Below, piece after piece: positions 1 to 11,383 of a DNA stretch of 58,329 nucleotides. The notes beneath the pieces are model-generated. The model had not been told where the DNA came from. It worked only from the letters and a program-made list of their open reading frames with translations, and did no database searches. The stretch's first letter is position 1; the number at the start of each line of letters is the position of its first letter. This stretch comes from Thraustochytrium aureum. Taxonomy: Eukaryota. The DNA lies in the NCBI GenBank assembly GCA_012862495.1, contig BLSG01000241.1, forward strand, positions 2,252 through 60,580, written 5' to 3'. Both the position numbers and the translations under genes were made by a program.

Positions 1-2537
1 CCGCTGCCCATCGCCTTCGGCAGGAGCTCACAGAGCTGTCGTCCTCGACGCGCTCGAGCGCTGCAACCGCGCCCGGCTTGGGAGGCAACCGGCGCCAAAT
101 GACGGCAGCCACGCCAAGCAGCACCACAGAGACCCCGCCAAGGATGCCCGCGATTGCAGAGTCCGAGACCGAAGCGGTATCCTCGACAGGAACAGGGCCA
201 CTGGGCTCGACAGGCGTGGGCGGCTCGACGTTGAGCTCGCCCTGCACAAGCGTCAGTCGCTTCAGATCAAAGTAGAAGCAGCTGTCCTTGCCTGCGCGGA
301 TCATCAAGAGGATCTCAGTGTCCACTGCGTCGTCCACGGCCGGGATCCACACGCTCGCCATGCCCGTATTGACGGTTGTAGCGAGCGCATTCCACTGCAG
401 GTCGAAAATGTGCTTTTCCGAGTCAAAGTCTGCGGGCAGGCCCTTGAACGGGTTGAGCGCAAAGCCGATCTGCACCACCTGATTGAGGGCGTCGGTCCCG
501 GCCACGTCCCACGCAATCTTGACGTACGTGTTCGACTTGACGCGGCCGAGGTCGTCGAGGTCGACGGCAGTAAACCGCATGGGGCCGAGGCCGCTCTGGA
601 AGCGCACCGTGGTCTCCGCAAAGGCAAAGTCTCCAACCTGGCTCGTTTCGAACGATGGCGACGAAGCCCCCGTCTCGTAGACCTTGCGCCCCGTGAAGCG
701 AAAGGTCATCTCGGACTCCTCCGTGGGCAAGCGCTCGTCCTTGGCCGAAGCCGCAGCGCCGCCGTCAGCGAGGTACATCAGGTTCGGAAAGTAGCGCGAC
801 CGCGACTTGGCGGGCTTCCAGGACCGGAAGCGGCCTACCCTGGGGTCATTGTAGTCCTCAAACCCGGTGTCGACCCGCTCCCAGGAAAACACCATGTCGA
901 CCACCTCCTGCTCGCGCGGGATCCACTCAAGATTGCGCGCACCGGCGTGCGCAAAGGCAGGTTGCGGCGACGGCACTGACCGGAGGCGGCGGCCCCAGTG
1001 CGGCACAGGCGGACTGTTGCCGCCAAGGATCTGCTCGCCTTGCGCGCCGCCAAGGAGCTGGAACGGGTTGCCCAAGGGAATGACGCAGTACCCGGGCGCT
1101 TGCACAGAGGGACGCGCGACGCCTAGGTCGATGACTTGGCCGCAGCCCGCCTCGGCCGTTCTCTCCCACACAGTGTTGCGCATCTGCTCGAGCGNNNNNN
1201 NNNNNNNNNNNNNNNNNNNNNNNNNNNNNNNNNNNNNNNNNNCAAGCATAAAGTTGCGATCGCGAGAAAACGTGGGCGGGTCGCCGGGGTTTCCCGTGCA
1301 GTCGCGGTATACGTGGGCGGCGCCGAGCTGGTGGCCAATCTCGTGCGCCAGGTAGTCCACGATAAACGGGTCTTGGTCGGGCGAGGTCGCTCCCGAGACG
1401 CCCTCTGCCTTTTGCTCGCTGCACAGCGAGGGGTACGCCGCCTGGCCGATGGGAACGCCCATCAGGGCGTGGCCCAGGTCATAGTCGGCGGAGGCGACGC
1501 CTTTGGCCTCGATAAACGCGCCGTTCGCCTTCAGGATTGTACCGTCCACGGGCAACGCGTCGCAAGCCGGGTCCGCGGCGCTCGACGCGCAGATGAGCTC
1601 GTCGTTCTTGGCCACGAGCTCAAAGTAGACGCCGAGCTCGCGCAAGTAGATGCCGTTGATACGCGTCATGGTGGCCACGATCCCGCCCAGCACGCCGAGC
1701 GCACTGTTGCCAAAGTAGCTCGAGAAGGACTTGGTGGCCACCAACGCGAGGCGCAGCTTGTACGCCTTGGTGGTGCCCTCTTCCAAGCTGCGCCGCTCGG
1801 GACTCTGCTGCTCGGTGGCCTGTTGCACGGGCTGTGCGGCGGGGACGCGGTCCAACACGCGGCCCCAGTGCGGCAACCGGCGGACCTGTTGCCGCCAAAG
1901 ACCGTGTAGTCGCTCTGCGACGTATTGCAAGCGAACCAAGGCTGCGCGTCGTGGGCGACGGCCTCGTCCGCGGCGGCCGCCTTGGCGGCGCGGTAGTTGT
2001 ACAAAATGTAGGTGCCGCTCTCCGCCTCGTCAGCCAGGCGCCGGCCCCAGTGCACTGGGCGGTCGCCCGGGCCTGTCGCGCGGTCGACAAAGTAGGCCTC
2101 CCGCGCTTCGTCTACGTACACGGCAGACAAGGTCCCAGGGGTGGCCGTGTCCAGGCTGAGCGAGAAATGGCTCCCGTCAGCACACAGCCCGTCAAGTGCC
2201 CGCACTGTCGGGAACTTTGCTGCGAGGTCCGGGTGCAGGAGCGGCGAGCGCGAGAGCCGGCACGAAAGCGAACCCTTTTCGGGAGCTCGATCTCGAACGG
2301 CACCGCGCGGTTCTCAGCGGTCTCGCGGTCCATCGGCGCCAGGGCGGCTTGCGCGGCGAGTGCTTCCCAGTTCACCTCGAGGTATTGAACGCGCGTCTTG
2401 GCCAGCTTGTCAGGCCGCATGCCAGTGTCGTCTTCCACATCTTTCAGCTGCCAGATCTTGATGCCTTCTGCAACACTGCTGCTGCTGAGTGCGACTGCTG
2501 CAGCGGCAACGAGCGCTGCGCTGCCTGGGCCGCGCAT
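1..2537 (-). CDS. Secreted/membrane-anchored reprolysin-like (M12B-like) zinc metalloprotease; frameshifted in the assembly, 3' end runs off the window
   Basis: Signal peptide MRGPGSAALVAAAAVALSSSSVAEG (ORF 2112..2537). Manual minus-strand reading gives YKLRLALVATKSFSSYFG...TMTRINGIYLRELGVYFELVAKND, DPFIVDYLAHEIGHQLGAAH (~1313-1370, HExxHxxGxxH), IPLGNPFQLLG, FSWERVDTG, GRFRSWKPAKSRSRYFPNL, and a C-terminal TM AIAGILGGVSVVLLGVAAVIW followed by RR (~90-155). Confidence 0.85.
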
Positions 2538-3982
2538 CTTCGGCGTGCACAGCGAGCGGTCCCTGCGCGCCCCTTTCTTTCTTTGTCCGCGACTTTGTGC
2601 GTGGCCGTTCGTGCCGGCCCCTCGAGAGGCGGCGATCTGGGTCTGCTCTCACGAACCCCTGCTTTGCCTTGACAAGTGTTGTGGGCCGGGGAGGCTGCCA
2701 CAATTCTTGTTCGTTTTCGTCACGTCGTTTTGTTGAAGAAAGATGGGTCGCGAGAACGCGCGGACGAGTGGGAGCTTTGAGTACCTACCGGTATTCTCGG
2801 GCCCTTGTGCGCTCAACAGCTCTGCTCGCTCAAAGGGCCGGGGGCCTGGCCTTGCTTGCGCGCAAGCACGGACTCTTCTCTGGCCCCTTTTGCCGCTCGA
2901 CTCCTCCGCTCTGCGCGAGTTGGATTGGTGTTGAGCTGCCAACTTGCTTGTGCTGGACTGCACGCTGCGACGCGCAAGCGCTTTGGAGATTTGGTGGGCC
3001 TCTCGTTGTGTGTCCGAGCGGATCGAGGTGATAATCAGCGCGGCGAGCGGTCTGCAACCCGATGACCTCGCCCTGCTCTCCGCTTCTTGTGACCTGTTGT
3101 GGTCTGCTCGCCTTTTCGATTTCGACACCAGAGGCTCGCTCCCCCTTCCTCGCGCTTCTTCTCGTTGTGCCCTTCAACGAGGAGGATTGATGAAGCTCGG
3201 CACGAATTCAAGTTGGCTGTGCGGGTCGCGGCGTTGCGTAGGTACTCACTCGCTCGCCTGCCCTTACTCGGCCTCGCTTCCGCAGAGGGAGATTTGTACC
3301 TATCGCTGTCGTCCGAGCCGATGCCCCGATCCGCCGTCGGAGAGCGCTTCTGGCTCGGTTGTGCCCTGCGATGCGATGGGGGAATGCAACTTGTGCAAGC
3401 CACTGCCAAGATTTTCATTGCAATCGGTAGTAGATCGCTCGGCGCGCTCTTGCAAGGCGAGACTGCTCGCAGACGGATGAGGAAGCGGTGTCCCACCGCG
3501 GCACACGTAGCAGCGAGCGAGCGGGCGGGCGGCGCGCTGGCAGGAGACGAGTGCCGAAAGTACCTACCCAAACGATTACCTGACNNNNNNNNNNNNNNNN
3601 NNNNNNNNNNNNNNNNNNNNNNNNNNNNNNNNNNNNNNNNNNNNNNNNNNNNNNNNNNNNNNNNNNNNNNNNNNNNNNNNNNNNNNNNNNNNNNNNNNNN
3701 NNNNNNNNNNNNNNNNNNNNNNNNNNNNNNNNNNNAGCTGCAATCCGTCACCATGGACCTTGCCAGTGGTATCGTCACAAAACGCAGCGTCGGACGGTCA
3801 CAAAACGCGAGCACGAACATTCAATATTTATTGATGGCCCAATCAAGGCAGTCAATCGCTTCGCCAAGCCCACGGGGCGAGGTCAGCCCCGACGATCGAT
3901 TTCATCAGTGTCCACAGCTGTTGTCCATTGACTGACACCGCCCCGCTTCCGCCCCGCTCGGTCTCATCATCCATCAGAGCCG

Positions 3983-6969
3983 TTAGAGCCGAAGCCCATC
4001 TGCCTGAGCAGTGTCCAGCTCGCCAAAGGCCTTGTTGCGCGACTCGACCTCCTCTTCCAACGTGACTAGGTCATCCATTGGTGGACGACCTGGCCACCAG
4101 GCCAAGTGGTCCGCAAAACTCATGATGCAGGGCACCACAACGGTTTGGATGACAAAGGTGTCAAACAAGACCGACGAAGCCAGGATGAAGCTCATCTGGT
4201 TGACGGCCGCAGTCGCGCTCAGGATGAGCGAGCCGAACGCGAGAAACATGATGAGGCCCGCTGCGATGAGCGTAGAGTTCACCTCCCACATTGACCGCAG
4301 AATTGCGGCGCGGATGTGCAAGCCGGAAAATCGGTGCTCGCGGATGCGGCTGATCACCAGCACGATCATAGTCGAGCGCGAGCCCAACGGTGAGCGTAAA
4401 GCACAGGAGCGGGACGTACCAGAAGAAACCCTGGCCGTCGGGCGAGCTGCTCAGCTGGTCTATCCCGGTCCAGTCCAGCACGCCCTTTTGGTACACGAGC
4501 ACCGAGAGGCCAAACATGGCAGCGAGCGGCAAAACCACCGTCAGCGTGAGCCGGATCAGCACAAACGCGCTCTTGAGCATGACGGCAATCAGGGTAAAGA
4601 CCACGATGCAGGTGACGCCAACGAGCATTGGCATCTGGTCAAAGCTAGTGACCATGTCCTCGATCATGCCGACCTGCACCCCAGCAAAGTGCACGTTGCG
4701 GATCGAAGCGGCCGGCCCGAGCCCCGCGCGAAAGTGGGCGAGCTCGTCAAACACCTGCTTGACAAAGACCTCGGTTTTGGGCCCGAACGGGTCGAAGGGG
4801 ACCACGACGTTGATTAGCGCGCTCGTGTTGGCCGGGTTGACGGTCTGGTGCCACAGAAACTGGAACAGAGCGCACTCGCTGGACAGGTAGTGGCACATCA
4901 CGCCGCTTGAATTCAGCAGCGGCGCCCACATGGAGAAGGGGAAGGAGGCCACCGAGGTAAAGCTCTGCGCAGGGATCCCCGTGGCCTGTGCGAGCCGGGC
5001 TGTGAGCTCCACCATCCCCTTTCGCACTTGGCGCCCATGTGCGGGGTCGAGTAGCCCGTTCGCCTCGCGCGGACCCTCCACCATGACGTACATGGGCGAG
5101 AGGCTGCCTCCCGCAAAGTCCTTGTTCAGGTCCACAAACACCGTGCCCGACTCGGAGCCGCGCGGGATGGCCAGGAGGAGGTTGGCGTTGCGCTCCAGGT
5201 GGAGCGCTTGAATCGCCAGCGGATCACCATGACGTACAAGAGAANNNNNNNNNNNNNNNNNNNNNNNNNNNNNNNNNNNNNNNNNNNNNNNNNNNNNNNN
5301 NNNNNNNNNNNNNNNNNNNNNNNNNNNNNNNNNNNNNNNNNNNNNNNNNNNNNNNNNNNNNNNNNNNNNNNNNNNNNNNNNNNNNNNNNNNNNNNNNNNN
5401 NNNNNNNNNNNNNNNNNNNNNNNNNNNNNNNNNNNNNNNNNNNNNNNNNNNNNNNNNNNNNNNNNNNNNNNNNNNNNNNNNNNNNNNNNNNNNNNNNNNN
5501 NNNNNNNNNNNNNNNNNNNNNNNNNNNNNNGGAACCTGGCCGCCATCTTCGTCCGCAGCAAGCTCGGCGTAGTCGCCGCTCAAGAGATCGCCGTCGTCGA
5601 CGCCGCTGTCATGCCGCCGCCTTCCGCAAAAGGGCGCGTGCGAAGCAATCCAGAAAGCGCACCCCTTGAGGCTCTCGAACACCTGCGTGCAGGGCCCGAC
5701 TTGATCCCTTTGCGGCGCGTGGTCGAACTGACCGAAAAAATGCGGGTACATCAGCAGCAGGGCCGGCGTGTTGGTCATGTTGACCAGCAGGCTGCACGTC
5801 ACCGTGACAACGCAGGCCAGCCCCTGCACCATGAGGTCGGTCGACTTCATGAACAAAAACCCAGCAAACACAAAAATGATCGTCAGCGACGACATCATGA
5901 CCACGTGGCCGGCCTGGCTCAGCATGATCTTGATGGCCAGCTCCGGTTGCCGACCGTTCTTGCTCTCGTCTCGGAACCGCCGCAGCAGGAAAAGCGAATA
6001 GTCCACGCAGCAGGCTAGGCCAAGCACCTCCACGAAAGACGCCGTCGTGGTCATCGGCGGCTTGCCGGTCGCGTCGGTCAGCACAGTCAGGACGCCCAGC
6101 GAGGTCAGGATGGTCATGCCCATGTTTGCCAGCGAGATCAGCAGCAGGCGCCACGACCGCACCATGTAGGCTAATAATGCAAAGGCGATCGGCATCGTTA
6201 TCATGTCGATGCGCTCCGACTCCTCCACGGCGGCCGTGCTGCCGTCGCGCGTCATCGGGTCCACGCCCGTTATGCCGGCCGAGTACTTGGTCGAGTCCAA
6301 CCTTAGGCCGGGGATGATCTTGTCCGTGATTTCCTCCACCAGCTTGTACCTGACACTCGACTCAACGGCCCCGGACCCTGTGAAGACCACGAAGGTCGCC
6401 GTGCCGTCCGGCGAGGCAAACTGGGACTTTATGCGGTCCAGGTCGGTCCCGGCGAGGAGGTAAAACCCCATAGGGTTGTGCAGATAGCCCGCCCCAAGCG
6501 CGTCGGACCGCGCCAGGATTTCGCGCGCCACACCGTGCGAGAACGCCTCAATCTCCTTGTTGAACCCCGAGCACGCCGACCCAGTGTCGTTGCGAGCGCA
6601 AGCCACCATGCACCCCGGCGACCCCTTGTGCTTGCACGAAACGAGGACGATCAGCTGAGTTGCGGTGGACAGGTCCTTAAACTCGCGCGCGAAGGCCGAC
6701 TCGTCAACCGCGGCGCGGGTGCCGTCCGGGGCCGTCATCTCGTCGCGGGCCTCGCGAATATACCGAAAACCAGTGGCCCCGCCCCACACCATCAGCGCGA
6801 TCCAGATAGCGACGATCCAAAACTTTGTGCGTTTCACCAGCATAAAATACGCCAAGAAGACCTTGCCGTACACTTCGTTGTCGGAAAAGGTCATCAGCCG
6901 CCTCGACAGGGGCTCGTGCTGCTGCACGCCTCCATTCCACGTGTCCGTCCCTCCTGCAGCGGCCTCCAT
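3983..6969 (-). CDS. MMPL/RND-superfamily transporter with two MMPL halves; gap 5245-5530 and frameshift near 4360; true start may lie in the upstream gap
   Basis: First half has FWIVAIWIALMVW, SPDGTATFVV, AGITGVD, ESERIDMITMPIAFALL and GLACCVDYSLFLLRRFRDE. Second half has LKSAFVLIRL, GLALDYD..ISRIREHR, IAAGLIMFLAFGSL and SVLFDTFVIQTVVVPCIM..WWP, all typical of MMPL repeats. Confidence 0.9.
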
Positions 6970-8717
6970 CGCCACGCCCTTCGCCANNNNNNNNNNNNNN
7001 NNNNNNNNNNNNNNNNNNNNNNNNNNNNNNNNNNNNNNNNNNNNNNNNNNNNNNNNNNNNNNNNNNNNNNNNNNNNNNNNNNNNNNNNNNNNNNNNNNNN
7101 NNNNNNNNNNNNNNNNNNNNNNNNNNNNNNNNNNNNNNNNNNNNNNNNNNNNNNNNNNNNNNNNNNNNNNNNNNNNNNNNNNNNNNNNNNNNNNNNNNNN
7201 NNNNNNNNNNNNNNNNNNNNNNNNNNNNNNNNNNNNNNNNNNNNNNNNNNNNNNNNNNNNNNNNNNNNNNNNNNNNNNNNNNNNNNNNNNNNNNNNNNNN
7301 NNNNNNNNNNNNNNNNNNNNNNNNNNNNNNNNNNNNNNNNNNNNNNNNNNNNNNNNNNNNNNNNNNNNNNNNNNNNNNNNNNNNNNNNNNNNNNNNNNNN
7401 NNNNNNNNNNNNNNNNNNNNNNNNNNNNNNNNNNNNNNNNNNNNNNNNNNNNNNNNNNNNNNNNNNNNNNNNNNNNNNNNNNNNNNNNNNNNNNNNNNNN
7501 NNNNNNNNNNNNNNNNNNNNNNNNNNNNNNNNNNNNNNNNNNNNNNNNNNNNNNNNNNNNNNNNNNNNNNNNNNNNNNNNNNNNNNNNNNNNNNNNNNNN
7601 NNNNNNNNNNNNNNNNNNNNNNNNNNNNNNNNNNNNNNNNNNNNNNNNNNNNNNNNNNNNNNNNNNNNNNNNNNNNNNNNNNNNNNNNNNNNNNNNNNNN
7701 NNNNNNNNNNNNNNNNNNNNNNNNNNNNNNNNNNNNNNNNNNNNNNNNNNNNNNNNNNNNNNNNNNNNNNNNNNNNNNNNNNNNNNNNNNNNNNNNNNNN
7801 NNNNNNNNNNNNNNNNNNNNNNNNNNNNNNNNNNNNNNNNNNNNNNNNNNNNNNNNNNNNNNNNNNNCTTCTGGCGAGGCCTCGACGACAAGCGCAAGCC
7901 AAGCTGGCCAGGTGATTCAGAACGCGCTTGTGCTTCTACCGCGCCCGCGCAGCACAGGCGCCTGCCTGCCCGGTGAGCAGCAAGGCGCCGCGAATGCAAC
8001 GCGCTGCACTGGTTTCTTTCTAAACGGATATATTAGGATCAACGAGCTGTTCTGCGCGCAACCTCGAAAACGAGCTCTCTAGACTAGAGTCATGCCCGAC
8101 GCGCGCACGCACGCCCGGCTCAGGAGGCTGCGAGGCAGCAAGCAAGACGTGGGAGGCATCTGCGTTCAAGCGCAACTGAGCTTTGCCAAGCGCTCTGCCA
8201 CGCAGCGCCGGCGAAGCGAGCCAACTCGCAGCCAAGGCGCGCGCAACAAACGCTGGCAAGCTCCGGGACCAACTCCACGGGACCGCCTGCGACGCCCCCG
8301 CGCCCTCGCCGCAGTGCAAGCGCAGCCGGCTAAATCTCGCTAGAGGACGAGGCCACAGACGGTTTTTCTTCTAGCCCGCGTCGTCTCGCTCGCGTGGCAC
8401 CCTCGCCAGTTCCTGCCGGTGCTCGCTCCCGGGGCGGGTGCAAGGAGATCGAGACAGCTGGAAGGCCTCCTTCATGACCCCGGTCATCATGATGGCCCGG
8501 CCGACGCCCTGTCCATGAGGGCAACACCTGTGGCAGAACTGTGCAAGTCCCGACCCGGGCTGGGTTTGTCCGATCGTGTGCCACATGAACGCCAGCCCAG
8601 CGAGCTGCAACTTGAACAGGCCCCTACTTACCTGCCCGAGACGAGACTGCGGCTGCCAGCGCGCACCTACCTCCTTGGCGGTCGAAAGCGTCGGTCGGCG
8701 CACTCGCTGGAAGAGAC

Positions 8718-9692
8718 ATGGGCGACTGGCAGCTGCTGACGCCGCCTGGGACGCCAAACGCAAAGCGCGAACTGCCACCGCCAGAGAGCTGGGTCGTGGT
8801 CTGCTCGCCCGTGAGCGGCGCGAAAAAAGGCAAAGAGGTGGTCGACCGCGAGCTCTTGCCGCGCTGGGAACGCGATGCGCCGGCGGTACCCGTAAAAGTG
8901 GTCTTCACGGAGCGCGAAGGCCACGCGAAAGAGCTTGCGGCACAACACGGGACAGCGCGCACCGGCATCGTCGTCGTTGGAGGCGACGGCATGGTCCACG
9001 AGGTCATTGACGGCCTGCGCCAAGCTGGTACATTGCACGAGACGCCAGTCGGAATCCTGAGCCAAGGCACCCTAAACTTTTTCGCCGTGACCGCTGGGCT
9101 CGCCTCTGTGGCGGAGTTGCCCGCACAGGTGGCCGCCGGCGAGGTGCGCCCCTGCTCCCTGATACAAGTTGTGGACAACTCGGGCGCAGTGGACGCGGCA
9201 TCCTTCGAGGCCTTTCACGTGGGTCTGATGGCCTACAGAGTCTGCAAGGCTGCCAAGGACTGGCGGTTTTCGCCTGGCGGCCCTCTCGTTGGGATTTTCA
9301 AGGAACTCATCTACTGCAACATGTTCCCGAGCTCGGTTTGCCAGCGAGCAGTGCTTGAGCTGACGCTCGCGGATGGAAGCACGCGCTCTGTGGAGGACAA
9401 TTTCTTCTGGGTGGTTTGCTCGCACCGGAACCCCTACACGGGCGTTGTCGGCGACTCGATGTGGGTATGCTACATGACGCTGAGCGCGTTTCCAGGGTTC
9501 TCCCGCAGTAAGTTGCCCGCCCCAAGTGGCGTGTTGGTCGGCAAGCCAGCCGCCCACCCTTCGAGCCAGCCGCCAGCCCGCTTGCTCTTGTTGGCGCTCG
9601 GCTAGGGTTTGCGCGTGCTTGGGCGAAGGAGGCTGACAGGGCCGCTTTCCTGCCCTCGCGCGCAGTGATGGAGTTCTTCGCTCCGCCCATGG
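8718..9692 (+). CDS. Diacylglycerol/sphingosine-kinase catalytic-domain protein (DAGKc/YegS-like); one intron 9508-9665; 3' end lost in gap
   Basis: Motifs VVVCSPVSGAKKG, TEREGHAKELA, VVVGGDGMVHEVIDGL and PVGILSQGTLNFFA. Intron GTAAGT(9508)...CTGAC...CGCAG(9665); splicing it gives in-frame ...GFSR-MMEFFAPPM. Confidence 0.85.
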
Positions 9693-11383
9693 NNNNNNNN
9701 NNNNNNNNNNNNNNNNNNNNNNNNNNNNNNNNNNNNNNNNNNNNNNNNNNNNNNNNNNNNNNNNNNNNNNNNNNNNNNNNNNNNNNNNNNNNNNNNNNNN
9801 NNNNNNNNNNNNNNNNNNNNNNNNNNNNNNNNNNNNNNNNNNNNNNCAAGCCCTTGCACGAGGCGCCTCCGCTCGCCAAACGCTTGGCTTGCGTCGCGTG
9901 CTCGTGGCACTCGCCCTGCTTTCCCTCGTGCTCGTGTGGCGGCGGCGGCGCCTCGCCGCGCATTGACCCGATTTCTGATGATGCGCGTGCCTTGTGAAAG
10001 GCGTCGCAGCGGACGCGGCATCGTCATCTCCACCTCGCAGCTCGCGCAACTCGAAAGCACGCAAGGAGCAGAGCAGCACTTGCGTATCCCCACGCGCCGA
10101 CTCGGTCTCACTCGCCCCATGCGCAGCAGCGCCAGAAGCCGGTACTCAGCACAACTCCCACCACGATCAGCAGCAAGTCAGCAGCATCACCGCGGCCAGC
10201 GACCTCATCCTGGCCCGCAGCCGCGCAGGCGTTCTCGGGCCACCGCGGCACGTACTTCGCCGATCCCCTGTCCCATCATCATCATCATCTCCATCATCTT
10301 CATCTTCATCATCATCTTCATCCACGACGAACAAAAGCCAAAAGCCACCTTGATTGTTCAACAATCTTGATCAAAGAAAGCGATCATGATGTTGTTGTTG
10401 TGCGATGGATACGTTTTCGCGACGTAAGTAAGTACCGTACCCGAGGAGGTACTGCGTGGTACTCACTCTGCTAAGGGACTTCCTTTCTCGCCTTGCTTCC
10501 ATTCAAGAGAGCCTTGAAGAAGAAAAACAAAAACAAACCCACGCAGCATGCGTCCGGGACCATTCTCGAGTCCCGCGGCAGCTCCGCGGCGCCCGCACGA
10601 GCCAGCCGTCCACGCGCGAGGCCGCAGCGCCCATGGCCCTCCATCCATCCAGCCATCCGCGCGTCAACCACCCATCCGCGCGTCAACCAGCCAGCCGCAC
10701 GGCGTCCAGCCAGCCAGCCTNNNNNNNNNNNNNNNNNNNNNNNNNNNNNNNNNNNNNNNNNNNNNNNNNNNNNNNNNNNNNNNNNNNNNNNNNNNNNNNN
10801 NNNNNNNNNNNNNNNNNNNNNNNNNNNNNNNNNNNNNNNNNNNNNNNNNNNNNNNNNNNNNNNNNNNNNNNNNNNNNNNNNNNNNNNNNNNNNNNNNNNN
10901 NNNNNNNNNNNNNNNNNNNNNNNNNNNNNNNNNNNNNNNNNNNNNNNNNNNNNNNNNNNNNNNNNNNNNNNNNNNNNNNNNNNNNNNNNNNNNNNNNNNN
11001 NNNNNNNNNNNNNNNNNNNNNNNNNNNNNNNNNNNNNNNNNNNNNNNNNNNNNNNNNNNNNNNNNNNNNNNNNNNNNNNNNNNNNNNNNNNNNNNNNNNN
11101 NNNNNNNNNNNNNNNNNNNNNNNNNNNNNNNNNNNNNNNNNNNNNNNNNNNNNNNNNNNNNNNNNNNNNNNNNNNNNNNNNNNNNNNNNNNNNNNNNNNN
11201 NNNNNNNNNNNNNNNNNNNNNNNNNNNNNNNNNNNNNNNNNNNNNNNNNNNNNNNNNNNNNNNNNNNNNNNNNNNNNNNNNNNNNNNNNNNNNNNNNNNN
11301 NNNNNNNNNNNNNNNNNNNNNNNNNNNNNNNNNNNNNNNGTTGCTGAGGAATACGCAACGCGCTGCGCGTTGACTCGCGCGGG

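Noticed and set aside
2743..3935. Possible plus-strand gene (overlapping ORFs 2743, 2944, 3099)
   Set aside because: No recognisable motif, frames broken and interrupted by a gap; it cannot be supported.
8625..8720. U1 snRNA (TACTTACCTG matches the U1 5' end)
   Set aside because: No U1-70K loop, U1A loop or Sm site follows; it is better explained as a minus-strand splice donor.
9847..10364. Possible minus-strand gene with an acidic (GAT)n tract and a hydrophobic stretch
   Set aside because: Fragmentary across frames with no recognisable domain; it may be simple-repeat DNA.
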